Of a DNA stretch of 64,000 bases, positions 11,901 to 23,903 are shown piece by piece. The DNA is taken from positions 77,810,001 through 77,874,000 of the forward strand of contig CM060731.1 in NCBI GenBank assembly GCA_030704615.1. Direction: 5' to 3'. Numbering within the stretch: position 1 is the first letter of the stretch; each line of letters opens with the position of its first letter. Both the position numbers and the translations under genes were made by a program. The notes below the pieces were generated by a model, which had not been told where the DNA came from, did not search any database, and saw only the letters and a list, made by a program, of their open reading frames with translations. The DNA is from Takakia lepidozioides. Taxonomy: Eukaryota; Plantae; Bryophyta.

Positions 11901-11986
11901 AGCATTTTCCCGAGGTAACATTTTCCGAAGGGAGCCTTTTCCCAGAGGTAGCATTTTCCCAAGATAGCATTTTCCCAAGGTAGCAT
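8901..11986 (-). mobile_element. Non-LTR retrotransposon (LINE) 5' part: N-terminal region, 2A-like motif, APE endonuclease; RT absent from window
   Basis: ORFs 11045-11986, 9350-10960 and 8777-9319 are in the same frame, separated by single stops. APE motifs: LTWNV, LLQETK, ASDFN, SDHYPV. The frame is cut at about 8900 by the DNA transposon. Confidence 0.85.
11751..11870. repeat. 42-bp tandem repeat, about 3 copies
   Basis: GAACAGAG.GTAAAGATCA.GGTGTAGAATTGTTTTGA.TGA units. On the minus strand it reads approximately KQFYTMIFTLCSHS three times. Confidence 0.85.
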
Positions 11987-12017
11987 TTTCCAAAGGTAGC
12001 ATTTTCCCGAGGTAGCC
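11897..12017. repeat. 15-18-bp tandem repeat (AGGTAGCATTTTCC core), about 7 copies
   Basis: Directly visible. It lies 5' of the LINE coding region. Confidence 0.85.
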
Positions 12018-12559
12018 AGTAGCTCCGAATATCAAAAAGAGAGTGGTAGTGTACTGAGTGGCAGTCATTCGAGAAATAACATTTATGAGAATTGAGTAGG
12101 AGCATGGAGTAAAAATCGTTGTGTACAATTGTGTGGGGAGAACAACAAGTGTGTAAAATTGTTTGGAATTGAGAGAGCCAGTGTACCCAAGTAGCTTGGG
12201 GAGAGGAGACCAAGAGTGCTGAGTGGTCCACACTTGGAAAATAGCCTGCTTGAGAGCTGTACTTTCCTCGAGTTAAATTCTCAGGAATGCTCATTCTATG
12301 CAATTGTGCCTGTAGGAGGTTGGAACGCCACATGTGATTAGTGAGTAGTCCATAGCACAACAACTGCAAATCATGGAGGGAACTCATCGGATATGGATTC
12401 AGAGGACAGTTGACCAGAAAGTAAGAAGGGAGCGACCACAGAGATGATATGAGGTGAGAGGGTTCCCTATAAGTCAGAGGACGCTGGGGTAGCGGGAAAT
12501 ATCATTTGCTATTTATGGGAGGACGCCAAGGTGGTGGGGTAGGTAGGAGCGGCGCTGGG

Positions 12560-12778
12560 CAAAGCCTCCATACCACGTCCCTGCTATGCAAAACCTACAA
12601 GCATCGCATTCCACGACCCCCCATCTCGTTCAGCCAGGGTGTCAAACACGCCCTTTGCATCCTCGATGCACTCACGTTTTGCAGACATGTCCACCAGGGC
12701 ATTGTTCAGAATGACAGTTGGTACAATTCCAGCTTTGAAGATGTCGCCATGGACCTCTTTGCCTTTTTCCAGATCTGC
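12560..12778 (-). pseudogene. PLS-class pentatricopeptide repeat (PPR) gene fragment
   Basis: Manual translation gives ADLEKGKEVHGDIFKAGIVPTVILNNALVDMSAKRECIEDAKGVFDTLAERD/SWNAMLVGFA*QGRGMEAL, a typical L-S-P motif succession with one frameshift and one stop. It is not in the ORF track. Confidence 0.85.
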
Positions 12779-13845
12779 TCTTACAGGGTTTCACACATAG
12801 ATGCAGATGACAACCTTTACTACATTATAGAGGATGGTAAGCTGGTTATTCTAGTGATGTATGTAGACGACTTACTGATAACCGGAAACCATACAAAGAA
12901 ATAGATTGGTTGATTTCGCAGCTTCTGAGTCAATTCGATATGACCAATCTAGGGACAATGAGATACTATCTATGCATAGAATTCTTGTACTTAGAGACAT
13001 GGATTTTCATGACTCGGCGTGCATATGTGACTAAATTGCTACTGGAGTTCAGAATGCAAGATTGCAATCCGTGTCAAGTGCCCATGCACGCAAACACAAA
13101 ACTTGTAGCAGAGCAAGCTGATGGGCCTGTCTACAGACGAATTGTTGGGAAATTAATTTATCTGACCCATACTAGACTGGACATCTCATTCTCTGTAAGT
13201 GTGGTAAGTCGCTACATGACTGAACCTCAGTCACCCCACATGAACGCAACGAAGTAGATTCTACGTTAGTTGAAGGGGACTGCAGATTATGGAATCCTCT
13301 TTGAGAAATGAGGCTCCACCATTGTACAGGGATTTACCGACGCAGAATTGGGGATGCTGAGAATTGGAGGTCCACTTCTCGTTATTTATTCCAGCTTGGA
13401 AACTGTCCCATTACCTGGTGCTCAAAGTGGCAACCCACAGTTGCTCTATCCTCGATAGAGGCGGAATATAGAGCTCTTGCCGAAGGTGTGAAAGAGTCAG
13501 TATGGCTGAACACCTTGACAAAGGAGTTGGGCTTTGAGAGCAATGAGCCTACACAGATTTTCTGCGACAATACAAGTTCTTTGAAAGATTGCACAGAATC
13601 CGGTTTTTCACGCTAGAACCAAGCATATCGAAGTGCATTACCACTTCGTCAGAGAACAAGTTCAACAAGGAAATTTAGACCTTGTTCATGTCGCATCTGG
13701 AGATCAGATTGTAGACATCTTGACCAAGCCACTTGGACGAGTAAAATTTCAAGAACTGAGGGAAAGACTTGGAGTTGTATCACTGTCAAGCATGGACACG
13801 AGGACACCAATAGCAGATCACAAACAGAAATCCAAAGTAGAATGA
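12779..13845 (+). mobile_element. Ty1/Copia pol fragment (RT C-terminus and RNase H), degenerate
   Basis: MYVDDLLITG, FDMTNLG, YRRIVGKLIYLTHTRLDISFSV, WCSKWQPTVALSSIEAEY, TKHIEVHYHFVRE, DILTKPLG. Several stops and frameshifts. Confidence 0.95.
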
Positions 13846-14094
13846 AATTCCCCACTTCACTCTCCGGGTGCACAACACCTCTGAAGTTGATACATGAGGC
13901 TGGAATGGGCGTTGAACAATCATCGTTGTCTATTGCTACCATAATGATTTGGGATGTTTCCTGTACCTCATACAACAAGCACTCCGTCAAGCTTAAGGAT
14001 CTGCCTCACCGATATGCTCTCTGATTATGACCATTGCTATAGAATAGTTTAAGTGTTGATAGGATTAACATCTTTAAAGCTGTACTTCAGGTGT

Positions 14095-14330
14095 GAGGGG
14101 AGGTGTTGGTGTAGTTAGTAACTACCACACCCTCAGTAAGTAATTAGGAAGATAATTTCACTTTTCTAGATAAGCTTATCCATTAGTGGTTGCTGATGCC
14201 TGCTAGTTGATAGGATCTGTGTGCTTATCACACGTCCACTTGCACCAATTAGATTAGGTGGCTCTCTCCTTAAATGGACTTGCCCTCTCTGTAATACTCA
14301 TTTGAGTAAACCCATCGAACATAAGCAAAT
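14095..14330 (+). mobile_element. Copia polypurine tract and start of 3' LTR (LTR end uncertain)
   Basis: GAGGGGAGG (14095-14103) is followed immediately by TGTTGG at 14104, downstream of pol. Confidence 0.55.
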
Positions 14331-15531
14331 GTATCTGAAGCCCGGTTCCATGCAGATCATTTTGAGCAATAGCAAAAACTTAACAGAATGTTCAATTAAG
14401 GGCAAACGAATGAGCTCATGATCCAGTTGGGCTCCAGTTAAGTAGTGGATCAAAGCCGAGAAGCGGTTTTCCAATCCAAGTTTTTCAAAGAGCTGTTATT
14501 TTTAGCAAGACCTAGTTCGTGTTGATTCATGAAACATTCTGGAAGAGGGATTTGATCTAGAGGAAATATCAGCAAATTCACTTGCAGGGATAAATCAGGT
14601 GAGCTTACGTCGAAGAGAAACTTTGTTCCATCAACGTCTATCTCCCTCAAAGCAAGAACTAGCTATGGCTACCAAGCTTCTCCACAAGTCGACCTACTAC
14701 CAGTTGAGTGGGATGCGGGTTCTCTCCTAGCCATTGCAGGTTATTAGGACTCAGATGTAGAAGGCCAATGAGATGGCGCCACCATTTATTCGTAGACTTA
14801 TGTACTCTGTCATTCTATCTGTGTGCATGAGCACGCTCTACACGAGCTTCGCAGCTATGGCGTCCTCGCTGCCTCGACGGGCAGCTCCAGCGGCGCTTGG
14901 CGGGCAGCTCGCGGGATAACCTTCGTTAGCCATTGCTAACTTTTAGCCTTAAGTGTGGCTGCACATTATCCCGGGCTAACTAACCATTGCTTAACAGTGG
15001 CTAACTAACACTGGCTAGCAGTGGCTAGTTAGCCACCGTGCGGCCCGGGGCCTAACAAGTTCCACATCCTCCATGTTCACCTACAAATCCTTAACAAATT
15101 AGCTCGGCCTCTAACATAGACCGCAATTCAATCAAAACCCCATACCCTAATCCTTAAACCTTAAACACATGGAAGGTGTGGATTGTATGTGTGTGTGTCT
15201 TTCAGGGTTTTCGAATTTGGGTTTTTGGGAAAGAGGGCAGACTGTTGCAATTCACTGCGGGATCAGATAGGTCCAGGGATGACATGCATTCACGCCGAGG
15301 CGTAGCTCTTGGATTAAGTGGTGTACAGGCACACACTTGATTCTCAGACTGGAATGACTTCGGAGGCTTTACATACTGAAGAGTGTGGAAGTCTAGGAGT
15401 AGAGATTCGCGTATAATATAGTTGGGTGTGTTCGGAGTATTGTTTCCGGTCTCCAGAGTGGTGAATCCATCAGAAGGTTAGATTCTGAAATAAATAAGAG
15501 ATGGAGGTGGAGGAGGCTTCGTGATCTACCT

Positions 15532-18500
15532 ATGGAGGGGAGCACAGGAAGGTGCTTCATCAAGCCTTCTCGCAGTGCAACGCAGGAGCCAACTGCACAT
15601 CTGTATGTAGCTAATTGCGGGCCCGCTGTGGGGATTCCATATACTGCCATCGAGGATTGTTTCAGACTTTACGGTCCCATTGTAAGTGTTCAACCTGCTG
15701 GCGACAGTGGGTCTCGTGTGTACATTTCGTATGAAAATGTACGTGATGCGGTTGCTGCTAGGCAAGCATGGAATTTAAAGCCTTGTGCTTCTCTGCAAGG
15801 GCGTGTCATGGTCATCCAGCATGCTGTCCCTCTGCCGCAGCCCTCTGTAAGTGTCGATTCTATCTGGAAGAGATTTCGAAATTGGAAGCCTCATTTTTTT
15901 TTGATGCTGATGTGATGACCTACAATAATTGGAGAAGATTAGTCTTGCAACTGCATATGGAAATTATGCATCACCGACATAATAGAGTTGATGTGAGTTT
16001 GTGTGCTTCGAGCATCTCTTGGAGCCCGCGTGGCGTTTGTCAGTTGGGTGATATGACGTTAAAGGTGATACCGTGATTCATCAGGTTGAAGAACACTCTG
16101 TGGTGTTCATGACGGGGGAAGAAGTTGGCATTCCCGGGATTTCCTTGTACACTGACTTCGTATCACCTGAAGAGGAACGGGTCAGTGATTCTCTACCAAA
16201 TTTTGCGCAAAGATTTTATGTTTCGATGGTTACAAGGAACAAAAGAGTAACATAGCTGGGTAAATCACTGTTCAACGCTTCTCTTGATGTTCTTTCAACG
16301 GGAATACTAGTGGTATGGTTGGTAACGATGTTTAGCGGAGTTGGAATGTGCAGGAACTGCTGACTGCAGTCGATGAGAGGCCTTGGCAGATTCTTGCCAA
16401 AAGGAGGGTGCAACACTATGGCTATGAGTTTTCGTACAAGGTTTATCCTTACCTCTTTTTTCTGGTTGAGGCGCACCCTTTCCTCTCCCATTGTCTCCTC
16501 AAAGTTCTCTGGTTCATCCATGGACAATGGGCTGTGCGTCCAATACATCACTTAGGGTTCATGATCTACCAAATCAGGCCCACTGATGTGATGCAGGGTC
16601 TTCATTTCTGGCCACTGTGACTGTGCTCTACTTTCAGCTCGTCAGTTTCTTGTGTTATACATCCAGTCCTGTGGAATAGATTTGTCTGGCTCTGCCAATG
16701 TCAAACAGATCTACAGAAGATATTTTCCAGGAGAGCCCGTACATGTACATGTTGCAATGCATATGGGTACTAAGATTCTTCTGACTCTTCTAAGCTTTTA
16801 AGGATTACTTTCGTCCAAGCGGAAAGCAAATGCATCATCTGTCATTCTCTGGTCTACTGTGAACCACAATTGTGCTTCAAGAGTGCTTCTCACATGCCAA
16901 TGTCTAACGTGCAGACAAGAAACGTGGATGTAAACCAGAAACTTGGAGAGTTGCCACCGACTGTAGCACCGGTCCTCTTGAAGATGTCTTCGTTGCCTGA
17001 GATTATTCAGGTTGAGGAGGCGTCCCTTCCCCTAGATCAACTGACTGTATGTATTCTCATGCCCAGTTCATCCAGTTGCTGAAGGTCAAGGCATTGGACA
17101 AGAGGATAATTGACTCATCTGTGGTAGTTTCTTTTGTTGCTGTGTTGTGGGCACTTCATCCCAAGTGGAGAAGGAAGGAAGGTGGATCCGTGGAGCAAAT
17201 CGAACCCTGCCTTTATCTCTGTTTGTGCCTCCTATGTCGTGGACCTGTATTTGTGCTGCTAAGCCCTTTTGTGCCTGGTGGGGTAAGCAGGTGAATGAAT
17301 ACCCTCGGGGTGTTGGATTGTCACCTCACATTGACACTCACTCAGCGTTCCAGGGTTCCATCATGTCTCTATCTCTGGCTGGGCCATGTGTAATGGAATT
17401 CAGAAAGTATGTAAACAAATTTGACTTTCCAGCTTTTATCAAGTCACGTGAATCTGAAGGCCCAACACATTTGGACGAGGAAGAGTTATCGCAGCAGGAT
17501 GACCAAGTACTTAACCACAATTCTGGTGGGCTTACTGAACCAGCCAAATCACCACAGGTGGACAAACCCCCGCAGCCAAATGTAGAGATGGAGCGGAAGG
17601 CGCTGTGGCTCCCACAGAGATCACTACTGGTATTGTCCAGGGAGGCACGCTATGCATGGCATCACTACATCCCCCACCACAAGGTAGGGAGGCTGGATTA
17701 ATTGGATGTCATCAATACTTTCTGTTCTCTAAGCTGACTTTGTTGGGTTAAGATAGTCAAGTACAATGGCCATAAGGAGCATATGGTGGAGGCTTTCAAT
17801 GGGGCAGTAGCAGAGGGAATAGCTTCTGTTAAGAGGTTGTAATTCATGAACTGTTGCTTGGGTTTCGTATTTGCAGATTGATAACCTCAATGGACATATA
17901 GTATCCAGGGGTCCAAGGCGTGTATCTTTCACATTCCGGAAGGTGTGTTGGCCGAAGTGTTCTTCCTGTATTTTTGCATGGAAGAAATCAGAGTTGTTAG
18001 CAGTGAGCTTTAATACATCAGCTGTATAGGTGTCTTCTGTCACAGATGGCTAAGTTGGTATTGACTAGGTTTTACAGGGCTTTCCAAGCAGCCAGTTTTG
18101 ATTCAAATGTGTCATGAAATCATGTCAGGAACCCTGGCTTTGAATCACTCATGTAATTTTGTTGCTCGCTACTGTGTGAATGGTGAGTATGGAATGTGAT
18201 GACCAGGATGCCCAGTCTGATGTTTTGGGCAGTACCCAATTCTTCAAGATTCTTCTCCTTGAATCGGTGGAAATTTTGGTTGGCAGGTGCGGTTTGGGCC
18301 TTGCACATGCAGCTTTCCTGAATATTGTGATTCTCAAGTGTCAGACCTTGGTACTCCAAATCCAAGTACTACATCGTGCGTTTTAACACTGGAGAGGTTG
18401 AGGATATCCAATTCCACCGATACAAATGGAAAGCTTGTCGACATGACAGGCAATTCTCCGTGCTCTGTGACTTCAAACACTGTGAACAGTGAGGGAGGTG

Positions 18501-20380
18501 ATGAAGGTTTGGCTTTGCTTGAGGTTGGTAGCGAAGTTGGAAGGGATGGGATGCAGGACTGGCCCAAACCGTTGAATTCAGTCACCCCTGAGATTGAGAA
18601 AACTTATGTGCACAAGGTCTATGATGCAATAGCACCCCACTTTAGTGCAACACGGTTTGCAAAGTGGCCAAAAGTGGCATTGTTTTTGGACTCTTTGGAC
18701 CCAGGTTCAATCATCGTTGATGCTGGCTGTGGCAATGGAAAATATCTGGGGCTCAATCCCAGGTGCTTGTTTATTGGTTGTGACATCAGCGCACCGCTCG
18801 TAACCATCTGTGCACAGAAAGGGCATGAAGCCTTAGTGGCAGATGCGTTGCACCTACCATACAGAACTGGGATATTTGATGCTGCAATCTCAATTGCAGT
18901 TTTGCATCACTTGAGCAATGAGGAACGGAGGATACGAGCAATGGAGGAGCTTCTTAGAGTGGTCGGCCCAAAGGGGAAGGTGTTAATCACTGTTTGGGCT
19001 CTCGAGCAGGAAGATGAAAATCTTGTTGCAAAGTGGACCCCTTTGACTAGCAAATATATGGAGGAATGGGTCGACAATGTTGGGACCAAGGTCAAGCGGA
19101 GCTTGTCAACCAACTCGTTAGGGAGCATCCAGGAGGGAGAGAATGGGGAGGGTGAGAGGGATTTTAACCCCAGAAACACCTTCAAGGAAGAGGAAGATTC
19201 GTCACAGATTGGGTATCCAAGCTGCAATGGAGGAGAGTTGCTGGTACCTCAACAACAGGTGGTTGGGGGTGGCGTGTCGGCCAAGTCCCCTGTTCCTGAC
19301 ACTAATTGTGGCATCAGCCGTCATGTCGACAAGTACAGGAAGGATTCTAGCCCCCAGAATCTTATGTTGGAGAAGGGAGGTTCAGATGACCTCATAGATC
19401 GAGGTCCCAGTAAAGAACAATTGGAGATGCTTCAGCAGGGATTAGCCTGCAGTCTGCCAGTTGAGTTCCCAGCTGGTAATGGTAGCAACCATACCTGCAA
19501 TGATAGTGAAACGTACCAGGAAGAACAGCAGGAATATTTTGTGCCATGGCATTTACCTTATCACCGTGCTGAAGTGGGCGGGGCTTCAGCTGCAGCAGTT
19601 GCAAGTGGGCTGGCAAGAAAAGATGATGAAAAGAGAGCGGTGGTGTACAATCGGTATTATCATTGCTTTGTGGAAGGTGAACTTGAAAGGTGGGTGTTAC
19701 TCCACTCTCCTACAGTGGCCTCTCAAGCTCTAGTAAACCATGCTGGATTCTCTCCTCTCCCCTCTTACCCTCCATTTCTCTTGCTCGCTCACTCTCTTTT
19801 TGAGGGTATGGGGGAATCCCCAGATCACATGTAGAAGGAAACCTCTTTAGGTAACACCAAAATGAAGCTTCTTGCGTCACATGATGATGAGTAAAAGCTC
19901 CTGTTCCAAAGAACAGACCACATCCTCCCTCCCCACCAATGGCCTGTTGAACCAACCACCAGCCAGTTTGCTGGAGACTCCTACCATCCTTTGGGGGTCA
20001 GAGACTTCCAAGATACAAGCTGTTGTGGTGACTTCGAGCATGGTCCATCTGCGAGGGCACTCTCTTTCTCCCCCTTTCTCACTGAAGTTGCACATCCAAA
20101 CAGCTTCAATTCATTCTTGGTTTATGCCAATCATAGATTCTACAAGCGAAACGAACTAGGACTACGAGGCAAGTGATAAGATAATGCGTGAAGTCATTGA
20201 CCAAGCTGAAAGAAGGGGGATGCTCTATGTATCTGAAATCTTTGCTGTGGGTGGTGATGCTGCAGGTTGGCAACAAATATTCAGGGTGCAAGAATTATTG
20301 ATCATTTCTACGACAAGTCAAATTGGTGTGTTATTATTGAAAAGTTACAACAGACAGACATCAAGCAGGAAGTCTCTTAA
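15532..20380 (+). CDS. ALKBH8: tRNA wobble-uridine modifier: RRM + AlkB dioxygenase + Zn motif + Trm9 methyltransferase, 8 exons, 868 aa
   Basis: Exons 15532-15846, 16085-16180, 16354-16440, 16915-17046, 17291-17683, 17877-17942, 18287-19689 and 20266-20380 are all GT-AG and in frame. Motifs: RRVQHYGYEF, LSPHIDTH, RRVSFTFRK, CTCSFPEYC, VHKVYDAIAPHFS, DAGCGNGKY, FYDKSNWC. Confidence 0.95.
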
Positions 20381-20915
20381 GTTGCATCAATGGTGAGCTT
20401 CCTACAATATTCAACTAGAACTGAAGTGGAAGCTATGTGGCATGGACACAACTGGCTTCATTTTCCACAAATGCAAAAAAAGCATCTTGACATCACTCAG
20501 CCCATGGATTTGGCTTTCCGGACCAAGCTGGCATTCAACAGGTTCAAAGTGCAAGTGCCAATGTAACTGTATTTTACCCTCAATGCAGGGGCATCAAGGT
20601 TAGCAAAGTCGAAGTATTTCAACGAAGAAATTACCTTACCTGAGTCATAGCTGGGCTTGCTACCTTTGAGAAGTTTGCATCACCATAGATAATTCAGAAG
20701 GCTAAGCATTGTTTCCATGCACCAAGTGAAGATTATGTCTTCTGACAGTAAAAGACAAACATTACTTATAGATGAATGCCCATAATGTCAAGTATGACAC
20801 TGATGAATGCATCATTTATTACAGTTTACATCAAGGACTGTGGGCCTATATCACCAAAGCGTGTCATGGATAGGGACCTCAGACAAGCAATGAGAGACTG
20901 AATTGAAGCAATAGA

Positions 20916-22496
20916 TTAATAATTGTCATTGTCATCATCTTCATCCATAAGGTCATCATCATCATCCCCCAAAGGTTCATCAGGAGTGGCAGGCGCATCT
21001 GGAGTAGCCAGTGCAGATGCTGACTTTTGGGAGGCCGTCACTCGGGGCACAGGTTCCTCTGCCTCAACATCATCATCTGCATCTTCTTCTTGTTCCACCA
21101 CTTCCACATGTATGTCTGTGTTAAGGATCCATTCCAGCTGCTTTCACACTCTCTGGGGTTAAATACACACACATTGGGATACCTCATGGCCAACAGTTAA
21201 TGAATACATTCTAAACGAAGCGGCCAGACTTTACTGACTGGTCATGGTGCCTCCTTTTGACAGAGTTAAGAGCTTCCTTCCTGCAAGAACTCACAAAGGC
21301 CAAGCATGCCTACATCCTGACTCAAGGATGTCTGAGAACACACTACACCTAACACACAATATTCTAACAGCCCTATATGCTCTCAGGCAAGGACACAACC
21401 ATTCTATATATATTAAAATTATAGGCCCACTTGGAGTAGCAAAAAGAGAGGTTATCCCTGAGAGTCCGATTACTCCTTGGCATCCTCACACACTCATATA
21501 CAGCACAAACAGTAGCCTCAGCTCTGTATACTGAAGAGACAAAGGGAGGATATCCACATCACGTGCAGTGCCACCCTCCATTATACTCTGCAAATCATTC
21601 TCAACTTGTTGTACCAAATCTGGCTGCCCTCCAGGATTTCCCCACGTAACAAACATAGTCAGCTTCCAATCTCAGTTTCTTCACCTTAAACATGGTACAC
21701 GCAATGGAGCAGCAAACTTAGACATTTTTGCGGAATGCCACAGACCATCCATGTGATGCCTCTGTCTCTCCCTGTGACAAGAGGTTGAATGGCATGTTCT
21801 ATGGTGTGAGTAGCAGAACCAAGTAATATTCCTGCAGTACCTCCCCACCATGTACCAGTTTGAGACCAGTCATTCTTGTAGAGGGGCCATGATGGCGGTG
21901 AGAAAGCTATGACAGTTCTATACTGAGATTGTCACCAGGTGGTTCTATACCCTTGCAGCTATCCTTTGTGATGTCAAAAGATCACCCGTCTCCTATGCTT
22001 TACACCACATGCTCAATTTGGAAAGCCTTGTCATCTCTCTCCCTCTCTCCTAGAGAAGTTGGTGGAGAGAACTGAGATATAGTAAAAGGTACACTGGTCT
22101 GAAGACAACCTAAGACCCTACCTCTTTACGGCAAGGTACCATGATGGGGAAGCTAGCAATGAATTCGTGATTTGTTATAAAGGCCCTCTTTGATAGCATC
22201 CATTGAACTGTCACTGCACCTCTTTTTGCACAATTCAGGGAGTTCAAGACACCACCAAAGCAGCCCACTCTGCCAAAATCAATAACAAGAGTTTCTGCCT
22301 AGCAGCACCCTATGGTCTTGCAAGAAATCGACAGGACACGGGAGCAGACTTACATTGAGGTCAGGCTCTCGACGGAAACGACGACGGCGAGCATCACGCA
22401 TGGCCGGGGTAAGCCCATGCTTGTACTCTGGACCTTCTGGAGCTACCTCCCCCTCTTCTCTAACCATTATTATCTGCAACCCACACACTCATGAGT

Positions 22497-22559
<63 letters not shown>

Positions 22560-23903
22560 TACTGTACCACCCAACACTGCACTAAGGAAATTCCACAATA
22601 TAGGGATGCTCAAATTGAGCTTTGCAAATCCACTGCAAACACAGATGTTTTATGTTATTATTACAAGCAACTTGCTGAGACAAGTGACCTTATTTTGCAC
22701 GTCATATTCCCAGGAAAGGTTCAAGACTCAAAGACGTTACTACTTCCCCAAGAGGCCAGAAGTGCCTACAGGACCAAAGGAAAATGCTAACTGAGACATC
22801 CAAACAGAATGAGAGAGCTTGGGATAGAGAGAGGGTTATGACAAAGGGTGCAGAGACCTGCCCAATATCTGCCGTTTTGATGAGGACATTATCATCATAG
22901 GTCTTGTAAGACTCCAGAACACATGGCAAATCCAGCAGTGCCACCGGAAAGCTGTCACTTCCTATCATGAAGGTGCCTGCTCGGCCATCATCTGCAGTAC
23001 CAACTTTTTCTGTGATTCCAAAATATCATTTAGGCTCCAAAGATTGTAAGTGAAAATATTCCTGAACAAGTTAGACAGGTATAGTGTAAAAAGGCGACTT
23101 ATAACTTCTTCTACTCAGCAACCTGAATTCGTTTGGGCAAGACTAACCCCTAGGAGCCTACCTGGGGGTCGCAGCACCTCTGAACACTTCACCAGAGACG
23201 TAGCAAGCAGTTTTTGGAGGCAAATCTTAGCACCCAAATTGTAAGCATCACCCGAATCATGCTCAGGTATAGTTGCACTGACTACAGATCGAGCGTTGCC
23301 TACAGGTTTGAAGAGTGGTTCGCAGGGTCCTTGATTCTTCCTTGGCCAGCTTTAGCACATCATTGATGTCAAAGGCCAGTAAAATGACAGTGGCGCAGTG
23401 TGAACTGAAAATTGATCATCAGCGCTATACCAATTGAAGTTAAGAGAGTTGTTAAGGCAGAGACATTTCTCTTCATCAGGTGAAGGAAGAAGCTTATCCA
23501 TATCTCTGGTGGTTTAGTATTCGCCATGTTCATGTCAACTCTGCTGTTTTATGACTTACCATACAATTATTTCCAGTTGGGCATGACAATCATCATGAGG
23601 AAAGATAAGACTACGCCGTGCTTCCGATTTGAATCCTGATTTCGTGCATGGCCTCTTTCCACTGGCTTTCACGTACTGCCTGAGAGTGGGTCCTTTCAGT
23701 AGAGCAATAGAAGTGGCCCTCGGCTACTTCCATGACGTAAAAAGCGTGAGAGCATCCTTGCACCTCCCAATTCACAAGAATTGCTCACCTTGGAAGGAGA
23801 GGTCTAGGGAGCTATCGTTGGCGCTTCCAGCCTCCTCATTGAACACGAGCTCCAGACGCTCAGCCACCGACTGAGGCACTCTCAGAATAAAATGCTCCTC
23901 CAT
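20916..23903 (-). CDS. TAF7: TFIID subunit 7 (TAFII55 family), 5 exons, 210 aa
   Basis: Exons 23903-23789, 22991-22858, 22473-22354, 21623-21554 and 21109-20916. Motifs: MEEHFILRVP, LLDLPCVLESYKTYD, KTADIGQ, HGLTPAMRDARRRRFRR, acidic tail. Confidence 0.95.
21110..21553 (-). other. U12-type AT-AC intron (444 nt) in TAF7
   Basis: 5' ATATCCTC at 21553-21546, branch site TCCTTAAC at 21127-21120, 3' end TAC at 21112-21110. Splicing gives the in-frame sequence RDVDVEVVEQ. Confidence 0.9.
22498..22559. repeat. (CT)n microsatellite in TAF7 intron 2
   Basis: About 30 CT units with one interruption. Confidence 0.95.

Noticed and set aside
14450-14760. Possible L1 RT-downstream remnant on the minus strand
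   Set aside because: Only a vague resemblance and no diagnostic motif.
20137-20176. Alternative ALKBH8 last exon (RFYKRNELGLRGK*)
   Set aside because: The exon at 20266-20380 supplies the conserved FYDKSNWC motif instead.
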